Part shown: positions 1 through 10,252 of the stretch, one piece after another
Position numbering within the stretch: the stretch's first letter is position 1
Layout of the letters: every line of letters begins with the position of its first letter
Source: Octopus sinensis
Taxonomy: Eukaryota
Assembly: GCF_006345805.1 (NCBI RefSeq)
Contig: NC_043006.1
Coordinates: 3,596,001 to 3,660,000 of the forward strand
Length of the DNA: 64,000 bases
Reading direction: 5' to 3'
Made by a program: the position numbers and the translations under genes
The notes under the pieces: generated by a model
What the model saw: only the letters and a program-made list of their open reading frames with translations
The model's database searches: none
What the model was told of the DNA's origin: nothing

Positions 1-918
1 ATGATCTCATGCTTACGGACAAAAGGTTTGGCAGGGTAGGCGCTATTTTGCACATTTCCAGGCATTTCTTTATCCAACTATGTGGTAGGCTATCAAAAGC
101 CTTTTTATAGTCTATCCAGGCTATTGACAAGTTTTTGTGTCGTTTGTGACAATCTTCTAAGATCATCTTATTGATGAGTAGCTGATATTTACATCCATAG
201 GATCCACGTTTACATCCTTTCTGTTCATTAGGGAATATGCAGTTGTCTATTGAAAAACTATAGGTATATCCCGTCAGGACAGATGTTAGCGTTTTATACA
301 TAGTTGTTAAGCAGGTTGTGGGTCTATAGCTTTTTGGTTCATTTGTTTCTTCACTTTTGGGGAGCAAGAATGTTAAACTATTAACAAGCCAAGCAGGCAT
401 CCTACTAGGTTGTTGCAAAACATCATTGTACAGTTCTGTTAGCAGTTCATGCCTCTCTGGGAAGGCATTCAGCCAGAAGTTAGGAATTTTATCCTTTCCT
501 GGAGACTTCCATTTGCTTGACCTCATGAGAGCTGATCTTACATCTTCTACCTTGGCACCCTCCCACTTTTGCTCCTCTAAGGAGTACAAGTTCGTAGCTA
601 TTCTGTCAATCCAAGGGGCCTTTTCGTTGTGTTTTTTCTTCTGCCCAAATTTTATTCCAAACACCGTGAACGTCGTCTTTTGATGGTACAGACTTTACAG
701 TAACTGGTGTTTTCCCTATCTTCCTGTAAAAATTTTTGGGGTTAATTTTGAACATGTTGTTGTCCTTGACGAATCTAACACGCTTTTCGTACCTCGCTAT
801 GCGGGCAGCTTTAGCAGATACTTTTTGCTTGATGGTTTCTATGGTGGCATCAATATCAAGTATAGTTTTCATATATTTTTTCTTTACTTTTGGGTTTTTT
901 GTAGGTTTGGTAGTCTTG
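1..918 (-). mobile_element. R4/Dong-clade non-LTR retrotransposon, 5'-truncated, runs off the window edge (copy A)
   Basis: Minus-strand translation gives the pre-RT region (QKVSAKAARIARYEKR, PKNFYRKIG; ORF 606-998) and RT motifs KGCKRGSYGCKYQLLINKMILEDC and AWIDYKKAFDSLPH in 60-230. Its 5' end abuts the TAA tail of copy B. Confidence 0.88.
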
Positions 919-940
919 TTGTTATTATTATCATTATTAT

Positions 941-3223
941 GTTTTTTCTTTCTTTCTTCAAATTTTCTTCCGTTTCTCGCCGAGTGTTTTCCATACACCT
1001 AGGGCAGAGAAGGGCATTGTATGCATTTCCAGATTATACGCGCAAATTCACAGATAAAATATGTATTTAAAAATTAATAAATAAATAAATTCATGGATGG
1101 ATATTGTTTTCACAGCGATAATGCTCTTCTCAGTACATGAGCCGTTCCAGTTAATACGATTTTTTTTGCACTTCCTGTAGGGATGGTAAGCCTGAGATCA
1201 TTTTCAAATAGGTTTCAGTACCTTTTTTTATCATTCCTAGAGATCCTACAATCACTGGTACTGTAGTCGCCTTGAGATGCCACATTTTTTCAATTTCTAT
1301 TAGCAGGTCTTTATATTTACTCATCTTGTCAAATTCTTTCGCCGCTATATTGTGATCGCAAGGGATACTCATGTCAATTAATAAACTACATCTTTTTTGT
1401 CTGATCTTTTATAATAATATCCGGTTAATTAGCTTTTATAGTCTTGTAGGTCTGTACGGGAAGTCCCATAGAATCGACACATCTTCTCCCTCAGTCACAG
1501 CTTCAGGATGGTGTTTATACCATTTGTCAGCGGTTTTGATTTTATAATACCGACATATTGTCCAGTGTAAATACTGGCCGACTCTGTCATGTCTTGCTTT
1601 ACATTCTGCAGGTGCTAAGACTCTACACCCTGAGATTAGGTGGTCTATTGTTTCAATCTCATCGTTACAGAATCGGCATTTTGGGTCAGCTCCATTTTTC
1701 ATCACATTGGCTTGGTAGTTCCAGGTTAATAAGCTTTGGTCTTGAGCAGCTAATATGAAACCTTCACTCTCTGCTTTTAGCCCTGAGCTTCGTAACCATT
1801 GGTGCGTGTGTTTCTGGTCGACATCAGGTTGTTTGCTACAGGCCACATACTTGCCATGGAGAGGTTTCTGTTCCCATCTGCTAGCTAAATTTTCATGTGC
1901 TTTTGTCTTTGCAATTAATTTTATTTTCTTTGCAGCTGCAGTTGGCGCATTTCCTTCAGCCTGATCAATCTGGTGGGTATCTAAGAGATCAGCAGCGAAT
2001 TTTTTGCTCTCTTTGAGAATAGAGTGAAGTTTTTTCAGTCTTTTATGTTTTTCAACAAGTTTTAGCATCCAATCGTTGGATGCTTCAAGGTATTTGGCCA
2101 GTCCGATTTTGGTGGTTTTGTATGTAAGTTCAAGCTGGATCAAACCTCGGCCTCCCTGAGCTCTGGGAAGGTAAAGGCGATCCACGTCTGCCTTTGGATG
2201 GTGCTTCATGTTACAAGTCAGTAGCTTGCGGATTTTTCGATCAATTTTCATTATTTCAGTGGTATTCCAGTTAAGAACATTAAAGCTATAAAGAACAACT
2301 GGTATTGATAAGGAATTTATGGCTAACACCTTATTATATGCATTCATCTCAGATTTCAGGACTGCTCGAATTCTTCAATAACATTCTTTCCTAACCTTCT
2401 CTTTCATGCTTGCATGCTGGATACCAGAGCCTTCATTTATTCCTAGGTATTTAAGGTTTGTTCCTGCTCAAGTTCCTTTATTACTATTTCGACATCTAAT
2501 TCGATTGAACTAGACTTTACCAATTTCCCTTTCTTAAAAGTGGCTTTGGCACACTTTTTAAGGCCAAACTCCATCCCGATATCATCACTGAATCCTTTCA
2601 CAGTATGTAATAATCCTTCAAGCTCTTCATCATCTTTGCCATATAACTTTAAGTCATCCATATAAAATAGATGGCTTATTTTCCTGTTGTCAATTTTGTA
2701 GCCATATCCTCTTCTATTCAGTTCACTTGAGAGTGATATTAGTGCTATGCAGAAAATTAGTGGTGAAAGTGAGTCATCTTGGAAAATTCCACAGTTTATG
2801 CTAATGTTGTTTGAGCGCAGTACTCCATTAGAATGATATAATTGGAGCTTCGTGTTCCATAGTGACATATACTTTAAAAAATCTGAAATCACAGGAGAAA
2901 TTTTGAAAATGTCCAGCGATTTCGGAATCCACGAATGTGGTATGCTGTCAAAGGCTTTTTTATAATCAATCCATGAAGAGCTGAGATTTCTGCGCTTGTT
3001 ATGGCAGTTCTCAAGGATCATGCGATTAATTAGGAGCTGATCTTTGCATCCGTATGAGCATCGTCTGCATCCTTTTTGTTCAGTGGGAAAGAAATTATTC
3101 TCTTCCATAAACGTATATCTTTTGTCTACTAGAATAGATGTCAAAATCTTATAGGTTGTAGATAAACATGTTATAGGCCGGTAGTTTTTGGGTCTTTCGT
3201 TTTGTTATTTTTGGGGAGGAGGT

Positions 3224-3224
<1 letters not shown>
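941..3224 (-). mobile_element. R4/Dong-clade non-LTR retrotransposon, 5'-truncated and frameshifted (copy B)
   Basis: ORFs 2443-3144 (RT: WIDYKKAFDS, GIFQDDSLSP, FYMDDLKLY), 1436-2347 (CRFC-HLISGC-RHD) and 1151-1372 (REL endonuclease: KYKDLLIEIEKMWHLK, VPVIVGSLG). Stop at 1110, 3' UTR to 941, then a TAA tail. 5' end abuts (ATG)n(TAA)n. Confidence 0.93.
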
Positions 3225-3277
<53 letters not shown>

Positions 3278-3278
3278 A

Positions 3279-3341
<63 letters not shown>
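3225..3341. repeat. Compound microsatellite (ATC)n(ATT)n
   Basis: Directly visible. Confidence 0.98.
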
Positions 3342-3343
<2 letters not shown>

Positions 3344-3720
3344 GGCGGCGAGCTGGCAGAAACGTTAGCACGCCGGGCGAAATGTTTAGCAGTATTTCGT
3401 CTGTCGCTACGTTCTGAGTTCAAATTCCGCCGGGTCGACTTTACCTTTCATCCTTTCGGGGTCGATAAACTAAGTACCAGTTACGCACTGGGGATCAATG
3501 TAATTGACTTAATCCGTTTGTGTGTCCTTTTTTGTCCCCTCTGTGTTTAGCCCCTTGTGGGTAGTAAAGAAATAGGTATTTCGTCTGCCGCTACGTTGTG
3601 AGTTCAAATTCCGCCGATGTAGACTTTGCCTTTTCATCATTTCGAGGTTGATAAATTAAGCACCAGTTGCGTACTGGGGTCGATATAATCGACTGGGCCC
3701 CTCCCCAAATATTTTAGGCC
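3342..3720 (+). mobile_element. tRNA-headed SINE, family A, dimeric copy
   Basis: Head aaggcggcgagctggcagaaacgttagc, B-box-like gagttcaaattcc, central block gtcgactttgcctttcatcctttcggggtcgataaa...aagtaccag. About 20 related units occur in the window. Confidence 0.85.
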
Positions 3721-4414
3721 TTGTGTCTAGAGTAGAAAAGAAATTATTATTATTATGATTATTATTATTCTCATTGATAAGAGTAGTAGTAGTAGTAGTA
3801 GTTATGCATTATGGAATTTTACTCTTTTACTGGTCTCCGTCTTTCGGTCTGAGGCATTTTATTGCGTCTCTTTTGTTTCGACAATGCTTTTAAATTTTTC
3901 AGAACAGTTTTGCCCTTTTACAAACTTGTTTTACATTTTTCAACTAGTTTTATTCATTTGTTTGATAAATATTTTCCCCTGCTCTCCGTTCATTATTTCT
4001 TATGTTAATATATTTCTAAGATGTTCTGACATTTTTTCTCTTATGATAGTCTCATCTCTCTGGAATAGTTGATAATCTTAAGAACTCATCGTCTTTGTAC
4101 TTTAAGCAAATTTTCTGTGCGTTATTGTGCTTGATCTGGGATTAAGTGCATATGTTCTTCCTCAAGGGTATGCCAATTATTTTTCATTCGACAATTATAA
4201 CTAGTTAATTAATTAGTTACAGTTTTAATGATATGTCTTCTCTGAATATCTCTACTCTTGCAATGGATTGCTGCTAGAAAAAGATTTACAGATAGAAGAG
4301 CGTTGAATAAAAAGCCTTGCAATAGTAATTTCCTTCCTGGTTTCAATTCTCTTATTTCTGTTCTTTATCTAACATGACACTGAATCTTATTAATTTGTCC
4401 TTCCTAAAGTCGTC

Positions 4415-4650
4415 GAGCGGGTAGAACGCTTAGCGTGTTGGAAAGTTGATTAGCAGCATTTCTTCCAGTTCTTTACGTTCTAAGCTAAATTTTGATCGCA
4501 CCAGGATTTGAACTTAGATAAAGCTGACCTCAACAAGTCAGATTTGCCTTTCATTCTTTTGAGGTCGATAAAATAATTAATGGGGGCTAATCGATGTAAT
4601 CGACTAGCCCCCCCTCCCCCACTGGCGTTATGCTAAAATTAGAATTATCT
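4415..4650 (+). mobile_element. SINE family A, degenerate copy
   Basis: gatttgcctttcattcttttgaggtcgataaa and gatgtaatcgac blocks. Confidence 0.65.
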
Positions 4651-4737
4651 TGTCCATCTTCAATGGTGCGTTGACGCATTTTTCTCAGCCAAATTTCATA
4701 TTAAATCCTTTCGTGTTCTGTGTATATTGTGAAAACA

Positions 4738-5035
4738 CATGGCTTAATGGTTAGGGTATTTGGCTCACGATCGTAAGACCATGAGTTCAATCCCTGGCGA
4801 CGTGTTGTATCCTTGAGCAAGACACGTTATTTCAAGTTGCTCCAGTCCACTCAGCTGGTAAAATGAGTAGCACCTGTTTTTCAAAGGGCCAGCCTGGTCC
4901 CATTGTGTGTCACGCTGAATCTTCTAGGAACTATGTTAATGGTGCACGTGTCTGTGCAGTGCTCAGCCTCTTGCGCGTTAATTTCACGAGCAGGCGATTC
5001 CGTTGAACGGATCAACTGGCACCTTCGTCGTCTGT
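4738..5035 (+). mobile_element. tRNA-headed SINE, family B (CORE-like central block)
   Basis: A box tggcttaatggtt, B box gagttcaatccc, central tccttgagcaagacac block, 3' end ggatcaactggcaccttcgtcgtc. Reverse-complement copies at 13281-13572 and 23882-24170. Confidence 0.75.
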
Positions 5036-5039
5036 GTAT

Positions 5040-5125
5040 ATTGTCTGTAACAGATTTTTCGTTGGTTATCATCTGCTACCAACAATTTGAAGTCATCCAT
5101 ATAAAAGATGAATGATTGTTTTCTT
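5040..5125 (-). pseudogene. Small R4-type RT fragment (YMDD region)
   Basis: Minus strand reads TIIHLLYMDDFKLLVADDNQ, matching TISHLLYMDDLKLYAANDKQ of copy E. Confidence 0.7.
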
Positions 5126-5391
5126 GTAGATAATTCTCTTAGTCTAGTCTCGTTTCGCATTGTTATTAAAATCGTTCAAACAAAGGGAACACGAGTGGTG
5201 AGAGAATATATATATAGTAGCATAGTCGTGGGTTCAAAGAGGCCGGCAATTTTATTACTGATATTAGTGATAGAAAATGGAGCGGGAAAACAATGGGAGA
5301 AACCATTGATAATTTATCAGCCATCGAGTAAATATATAACACATAGACAGAATAGAAAGACAAAGTCTGGTATATGGGAAAAGGAACAAAT

Positions 5392-6024
5392 CGATTACAT
5401 CGAACCAGTGACCAGCTGGTATATATTTGATCAACCCCAAGAGGATGGAAAGCAAAATCTATCTGGGCCGAATTTGAACACAGGACGTAAGACAGACGAA
5501 GTGCCGCTAAGCATTTTGTCTGGCGTGCTAACGATTCTGCTTGCTCGCCGCCCTCCATAATAATATAATAATAATAATAATGATTTCAAATTTTTCTACA
5601 AGGGCAGCAGATATAGAGGAGGGTATGTGTTGATTACATCGACCCCAGTGTTCAACTGTTAACTAATTTATCAACTCCAAAAGGATTGAAAGCAAAGTCG
5701 ACCTCAGTGGAATTTGAACCCAGAATTTAAAGACGGACGACATGCCACTAAGAATTTTGTCCGACTTGCTAACGAGTCTGCCAACTCTCTGCCTTCGTAA
5801 TGATAAATAATAGTTTCAAATTTTGTCACAAAGGCAGTCATTTTGGGGGTTAGGGTGTGTCGATTACGTGACCCCAGTGTTCAACTGTTATTTAATCTAT
5901 CGACCCCGAAAGGATGAAAGACAAAGTCGGCCTCGGCGGAAATTGAACTCAGAACGTAGCGTTGGGCGAAACATTCCCAATCATTTAGCTCAGCGTGCTA
6001 ATGAGTCCGCCAATTGGCTGCCTT
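5392..6024 (-). mobile_element. Three tandem head-to-tail SINE family A units
   Basis: Units at about 5392-5552, 5585-5795 and 5818-6024, separated by short TAA spacers. Confidence 0.85.
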
Positions 6025-6379
6025 AATAATAATAATAATGATACCATAGATTTGTTGCGCGGGTTAATTATAATTTTTCTTCGACTATAGATTCAGTTTG
6101 TGTAAAGTGGTAATTTACAGAAAATAATTAGAGGAGTACTCAATATAGCGCTTACAGAATGGATTGCATATTGTAACGTAGGCAAAAGGGGTATATTATA
6201 GAGCAGAGTGAAAGGAGTGAAAATTGTAGGGCTAGGAGAAGGTGGCACTCATTGTAGGACTGGGAAACGAAAGCGTACATTGTACAGAGGAAAGAGGGTA
6301 CATGTTCTAGGGGTGGGCGAAGGAAACGTACATTGAAAGACTGGACCTACGGTGCTGAATACCAGTTCCGATTGTCAGT

Positions 6380-6900
6380 AGTACTTTATCCATTATTTGT
6401 GTTCTAAAAATCTATCAGCAAAGAACTATGAAAAACCTTCTGTTAATCAATCAACTCTATGTTCATGACTTTCGTTTTTCTACAGTCTTCGATTATGATT
6501 TTACTGATCAATAAATGATTTCATCAGCTTTGTGACACCTACAGTGTTCATTCTTTTCTTCTTTAAGTTAGTTATTGTTTGCAATGTTACAGTTCTAAAG
6601 GGCTTGGTATTGTGTATGCAGGTTGGTTATTAGAGCGTAGTTCTGAGCTGTTTCTTTAGTTTTCAGGATTAAGATTTTCTTTCTCTCGGTATATGATTCA
6701 AATGTTGTCTGTGGATCTTTCAGTAATAGTTCAGCTTTTTAGGTGTGCCCCTAAAATAGCTTTAGCTACTTCTTAGAACGTTTTGCTTGATCGTTATTCA
6801 TACTTTGGCCTACTGTTTGAGTTTGGATAGACTTCTCAATTGTTAAAGTGCTGCATATATTATTTTGAATAATCTCCTTCATACTAATTCCTTCGCTGGC
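6380..6900 (-). pseudogene. Highly degenerate R4-type RT fragment (copy C)
   Basis: Minus strand reads KILILKTKETAQNYALITNLHTQYQA (compare TILIPKSNETAKPENYRPITCLPTIYKA) and NHLLISKIIIEDCRK...ID*QKVFHS (compare DQLMINKAITED...WIDYKKAFDS). Confidence 0.68.
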
Positions 6901-7380
6901 ATAATTCTACTTTCCCATTTACAAGCTGAACTTATGTGACGTATATTTATGATACCTACGTTTATCAAAGAAAGAAACATCTAGAAATCAGCTGAAGATC
7001 GCATGAAGATCGGATAATATGGCATTGAGAAAGCCAAGTTTTCATCGATTTCACTGTCTTACTTTTTAAAATAATAAGAATTACATAACTAAAGATGAGG
7101 GTTTCGCGAAGGTACTTACAGAATATTCAGACACAGAACACTAATAACTAAATAATCTTTCGACATAAAACCTCCACATAAGAAGCCAAATAAAAATCCT
7201 TTAAATAGACCTTTCATAGCCGGTACTCTACTAGTGGGAAATCTATATCACTCGACCTTGTTGAAGACTGAATCAGTGACATCTTCACATTTTCCTTTCT
7301 CTGACAGACATAGCTACACTTTGAATAATAAATATAAATGTATGACCTGAGTTCAGCTTGGAAGGAACGATATTTGCTCA

Positions 7381-7555
7381 TGAACTGGCAAAAACGTTAG
7401 CACGCTGGGCGAAATACTTAGCAGTGTTTCACCGAGGTCGACTTTGCCTTTCATCCTTTCGGGGCCGATAAATTAAGCACCAGTTGCGTACTGTGGTCAA
7501 TCTAATCGACTTTCCCCCCTCCCCCAAAATGTCGAGCCTTGTGCTTAGAGAAGAA
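7381..7555 (+). mobile_element. SINE family A, internally deleted copy
   Basis: ctggcaaaaacgttagcacgc...gtcgactttgcctttcatcctttcgggg. Confidence 0.8.
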
Positions 7556-7780
7556 AAGTATATTTGCTCATGATATGTGCATATTGTGATGTGCCAGGAT
7601 TATGCAACGGTTGTTAAAACGCTTAAAACTTAGTAGATGGATATCTTTCCAAGTGCTCCTGATGTGAATTTTATATCCTCGTGAGCACTGCATCTGCTAC
7701 TGACAAAAGAAACGTGTGTATGTGCGCGCACGCGTGTGTGTGAGATATTTTTGTTAACCAAGATTATAGAGTATTACTCT

Positions 7781-8000
7781 TACTCTTTTACTCTTTTACT
7801 TGTTCAGTCATTTGACTGCGGCCATGCTGGAGCACCGCCTTTAATCGAGCAACGCGATCCCGGGACTTATTCTTTTGTAAGTCCAGTACTTATTCTACCG
7901 GTCTCTTTTGCCGAACCGCTAAGTAACGGGGACATAAACACACCAGCATCGGTTGTCAAGAAATGCTAGGGTGACAAACACAGACACACAAACACACACA

Positions 8001-8081
<81 letters not shown>

Positions 8082-8248
8082 TACGACGGACTTCTTTCAG
8101 TTTCCGTCTACCAAATCCACTCACGAGGCTTTGGTCGGCCCGAGACTATAGTAGAAGACACTTGCCCAAGGTGCCACGCAGTGGGACTGAACCCGAAACC
8201 ATGTGGTTGGTAAACAAGCTACTTACTACACAGCTACTCCTGCGCCTA
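7781..8248 (-). mobile_element. tRNA-headed SINE, family C, with internal (TA)n
   Basis: Minus strand: taggcgcaggagtagctgtgtagtaagtagc head, ggtttcgggttcagtccc B box, gcaccttgggcaagtgtcttc CORE-like block, 3' end tgactgaacaagtaaaagagta. Related pieces at 12786-12990, 13596-13730 and 38965-39058. Confidence 0.82.
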
Positions 8249-8270
8249 TTGTTTGATAATACATATATAA

Positions 8271-8453
8271 TACAGTTCTATATTTAAGAGATGAGGAATT
8301 ATGTGCATTATCTACATTATTTACATTCGACGGATATTTGTCCTCATCTTGTTTGTTGGTAAAACAACGTTTCGGCTGATATACTCTCCAGCCTTCTTCA
8401 GGTGCCATGGGGAAATTTCGAACCTGGGTTCTCATTCCTAAGGTATTTTTCGA

Positions 8454-8455
<2 letters not shown>
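8271..8455 (-). mobile_element. Hammerhead-bearing repeat unit (Penelope pLTR-like), left copy
   Basis: Reverse complement of 12603-12752 with scattered substitutions; contains a hammerhead core. Confidence 0.75.
8361..8406 (-). ncRNA. Minimal type I hammerhead ribozyme motif (C3-G8)
   Basis: ggcac CTGAAGA a ggctg(gagagtatat)cagcc GAA ACGT T gtttt. Helix II is perfect, helix III is a palindrome, helix I is weak (C/U mismatch). Confidence 0.65.
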
Positions 8456-8514
<59 letters not shown>

Positions 8515-8517
<3 letters not shown>

Positions 8518-8994
8518 TAGTATATTTTTTTATATCGTGCTTTCACTTCACTACCGAGCGCAGCTCTGTGTGCCTTGGGTATGTGCTGCGATTTGTTGTG
8601 ATGCTCTGATGGAAAGTGTTCTGCGTAGGATGTGTGCAGTGCCTAGTAGTGCAATTTTCTGTATGCTATATGTGTTTGTAAGTCCTGGTGTTTTTGTTAT
8701 GTATTTGTCTGAATATTTTTTTATCATGCCTAATGCACCTACTATGATAGGAATTGTTTCTGTTTTTAGATTCCACATTCTAGTTACCTCTATTTCCAGG
8801 TCTTTGTATTTTGAAAGTTTCTCCATTTCTTTTAGAGACACGTTGTCATCTGCTGGTATTGATACCTCAATTAGAAAACATTTTTTTTCTTCATGATCTC
8901 TGACAACTATATCTGGTCTGTTGGCCTTAATTTCTCTATCTGTGTGTATTGGCATATCCCAGAGTATGGTTGCTTTCTCGTTTTCTGTAACCTT
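8515..8994 (-). mobile_element. R4/Dong 3' fragment (copy D), same subfamily as copy E
   Basis: ORF 8551-9066 contains ILWDMPIHTDREIKANRPDIVV...LSKYKDLEIE...LLGTAHILRRTL. Near-identical to the reverse complement of 12084-12575. TAA tracts on both sides. Confidence 0.93.
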
Positions 8995-9035
8995 TATTAA
9001 TATTATTATTATTATTAATATTATTATTATTATTA

Positions 9036-9516
9036 CTTTTTTTTCTTCTTTCAAATTTGCTTCCATTTCTTGCCGAGTGTCTTCCCGACTCCTAGGGCAA
9101 AGAAACTCATAGTATACATTGGTAGGCCATTAAACCAAACTCAATAGTTCGTTCATTTTTTTTTTAAAGTTAAATTAAAATACATGAGCAGCAACAGTTC
9201 TCACATCCACAATGCTCTTCTCAATACGTGTGATGTACCAGTTAAGACAATCTTTTGCACTTCTTGCAGGGATGGTAAGCCAGGGATCATTCTCATATAA
9301 TTTTCGGTTTCTCCTCCCACCTATCAGCCAATTGCTCGTGCGCTTTTTTCATTGCCATCATTTTCACCTTCTTTGCAACAATGGTTGCCGTACTTCCCTC
9401 GGGTTGTTCAGTTTGGGTATCCTGCACGAGATCAATAGCAAATTTTTTGCTTTCCTTGATGATAGAATGAAGCTTCTTTCGTCTCTCGTGATTTTAAAGT
9501 AGGTCTTTATATTTTC

Positions 9517-9517
<1 letters not shown>
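9036..9517 (-). mobile_element. Rearranged R4/Dong fragment (copy F), same subfamily as copy H
   Basis: 9036-9310 matches 58376-58668, 9308-9495 matches 59308-59490, 9498-9517 matches 58747-58766. TAA tracts on both sides. Confidence 0.9.
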
Positions 9518-9600
<83 letters not shown>

Positions 9601-9601
<1 letters not shown>

Positions 9602-10039
9602 TATGTTTGACTTTTGCTTTACATTTGTACAAGTTGGCTCCAAGTCTCACACAGAGACCTCAAGAGACAACAAGTTGGAAGTTCATGTTGGTGTTATGCC
9701 TAGGGTGCCAAATATTTGGTTTTGTACTTAGTGTTGTACTAGTGAATGCCTACAAAACCATACGAAAATTATGTTTGTTTCAAAATTTGAGATTACATAG
9801 AAAGTATTTTGCGTAGGATATGAGCAGTTCCTATGAGCACTATCTTTTGAATTTCTGCCATTTTTGGGTTTCCTGGTTTCTGAGTTAGGTAGCAATCAGC
9901 CCCTTTTGTTATCATTCCCAGGGCACCTATGACAACAGGTATTGTTTTAGTCTTCAGGTTCCACATTTTGCTGATTTCTATTTCAAAATGATTTTATTTG
10001 CTCAGTTTTTGGTAGGTCTTAACAGATACGTTTATATCG

Positions 10040-10040
<1 letters not shown>
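9601..10040 (-). mobile_element. R4/Dong 3' fragment with a distinct 3' UTR (copy G)
   Basis: Minus strand reads DINVSVKTYQKLSK...EIEISKMWNLKTKTIPVVIGALGMI...EIQKIVLIGTAHILRKILSM*, then about 200 nt of 3' UTR. TAA tracts on both sides. Confidence 0.88.
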
Positions 10041-10091
<51 letters not shown>

Positions 10092-10107
10092 TATTATTAT
10101 TATTATT

Positions 10108-10252
10108 GTTCAGGTCACTGCTTGGAATTGAACTCGGAATCTTGGGGTTAGTAGCCTGCGCTCTTAACCACTACGCCATATGCCACTACGCCACAGAAAT
10201 ATAGCGTAATAGTTAAGAGCGCAAGGTACAAGCCCCAAGATTCCGAGTTCAA
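10108..10252. mobile_element. Two divergently oriented tRNA-derived heads forming a 53-bp inverted repeat
   Basis: 10128-10180 and 10200-10252 are reverse complements with several mismatches. Each has an A-box-like (tggcgtagtggtt / tagcgtaatagtt) and a B-box-like (gagttcaa) motif. The minus copy continues into a TAA tract. Confidence 0.8.

Noticed and set aside
3800-4390. Possible second decayed helical ORF similar to 42780-43330
   Set aside because: No frame could be held for long and the similarity was only impressionistic.
5108-5560. 150-aa and 130-aa overlapping ORFs
   Set aside because: They run through a SINE A unit and AT-rich filler; no recognisable motif.
5392-6024. Regularly spaced repeats as a CRISPR array (also 62340-63165)
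   Set aside because: Units are over 200 bp, diverged, dispersed elsewhere as SINE monomers, and in a eukaryotic context with no cas genes.
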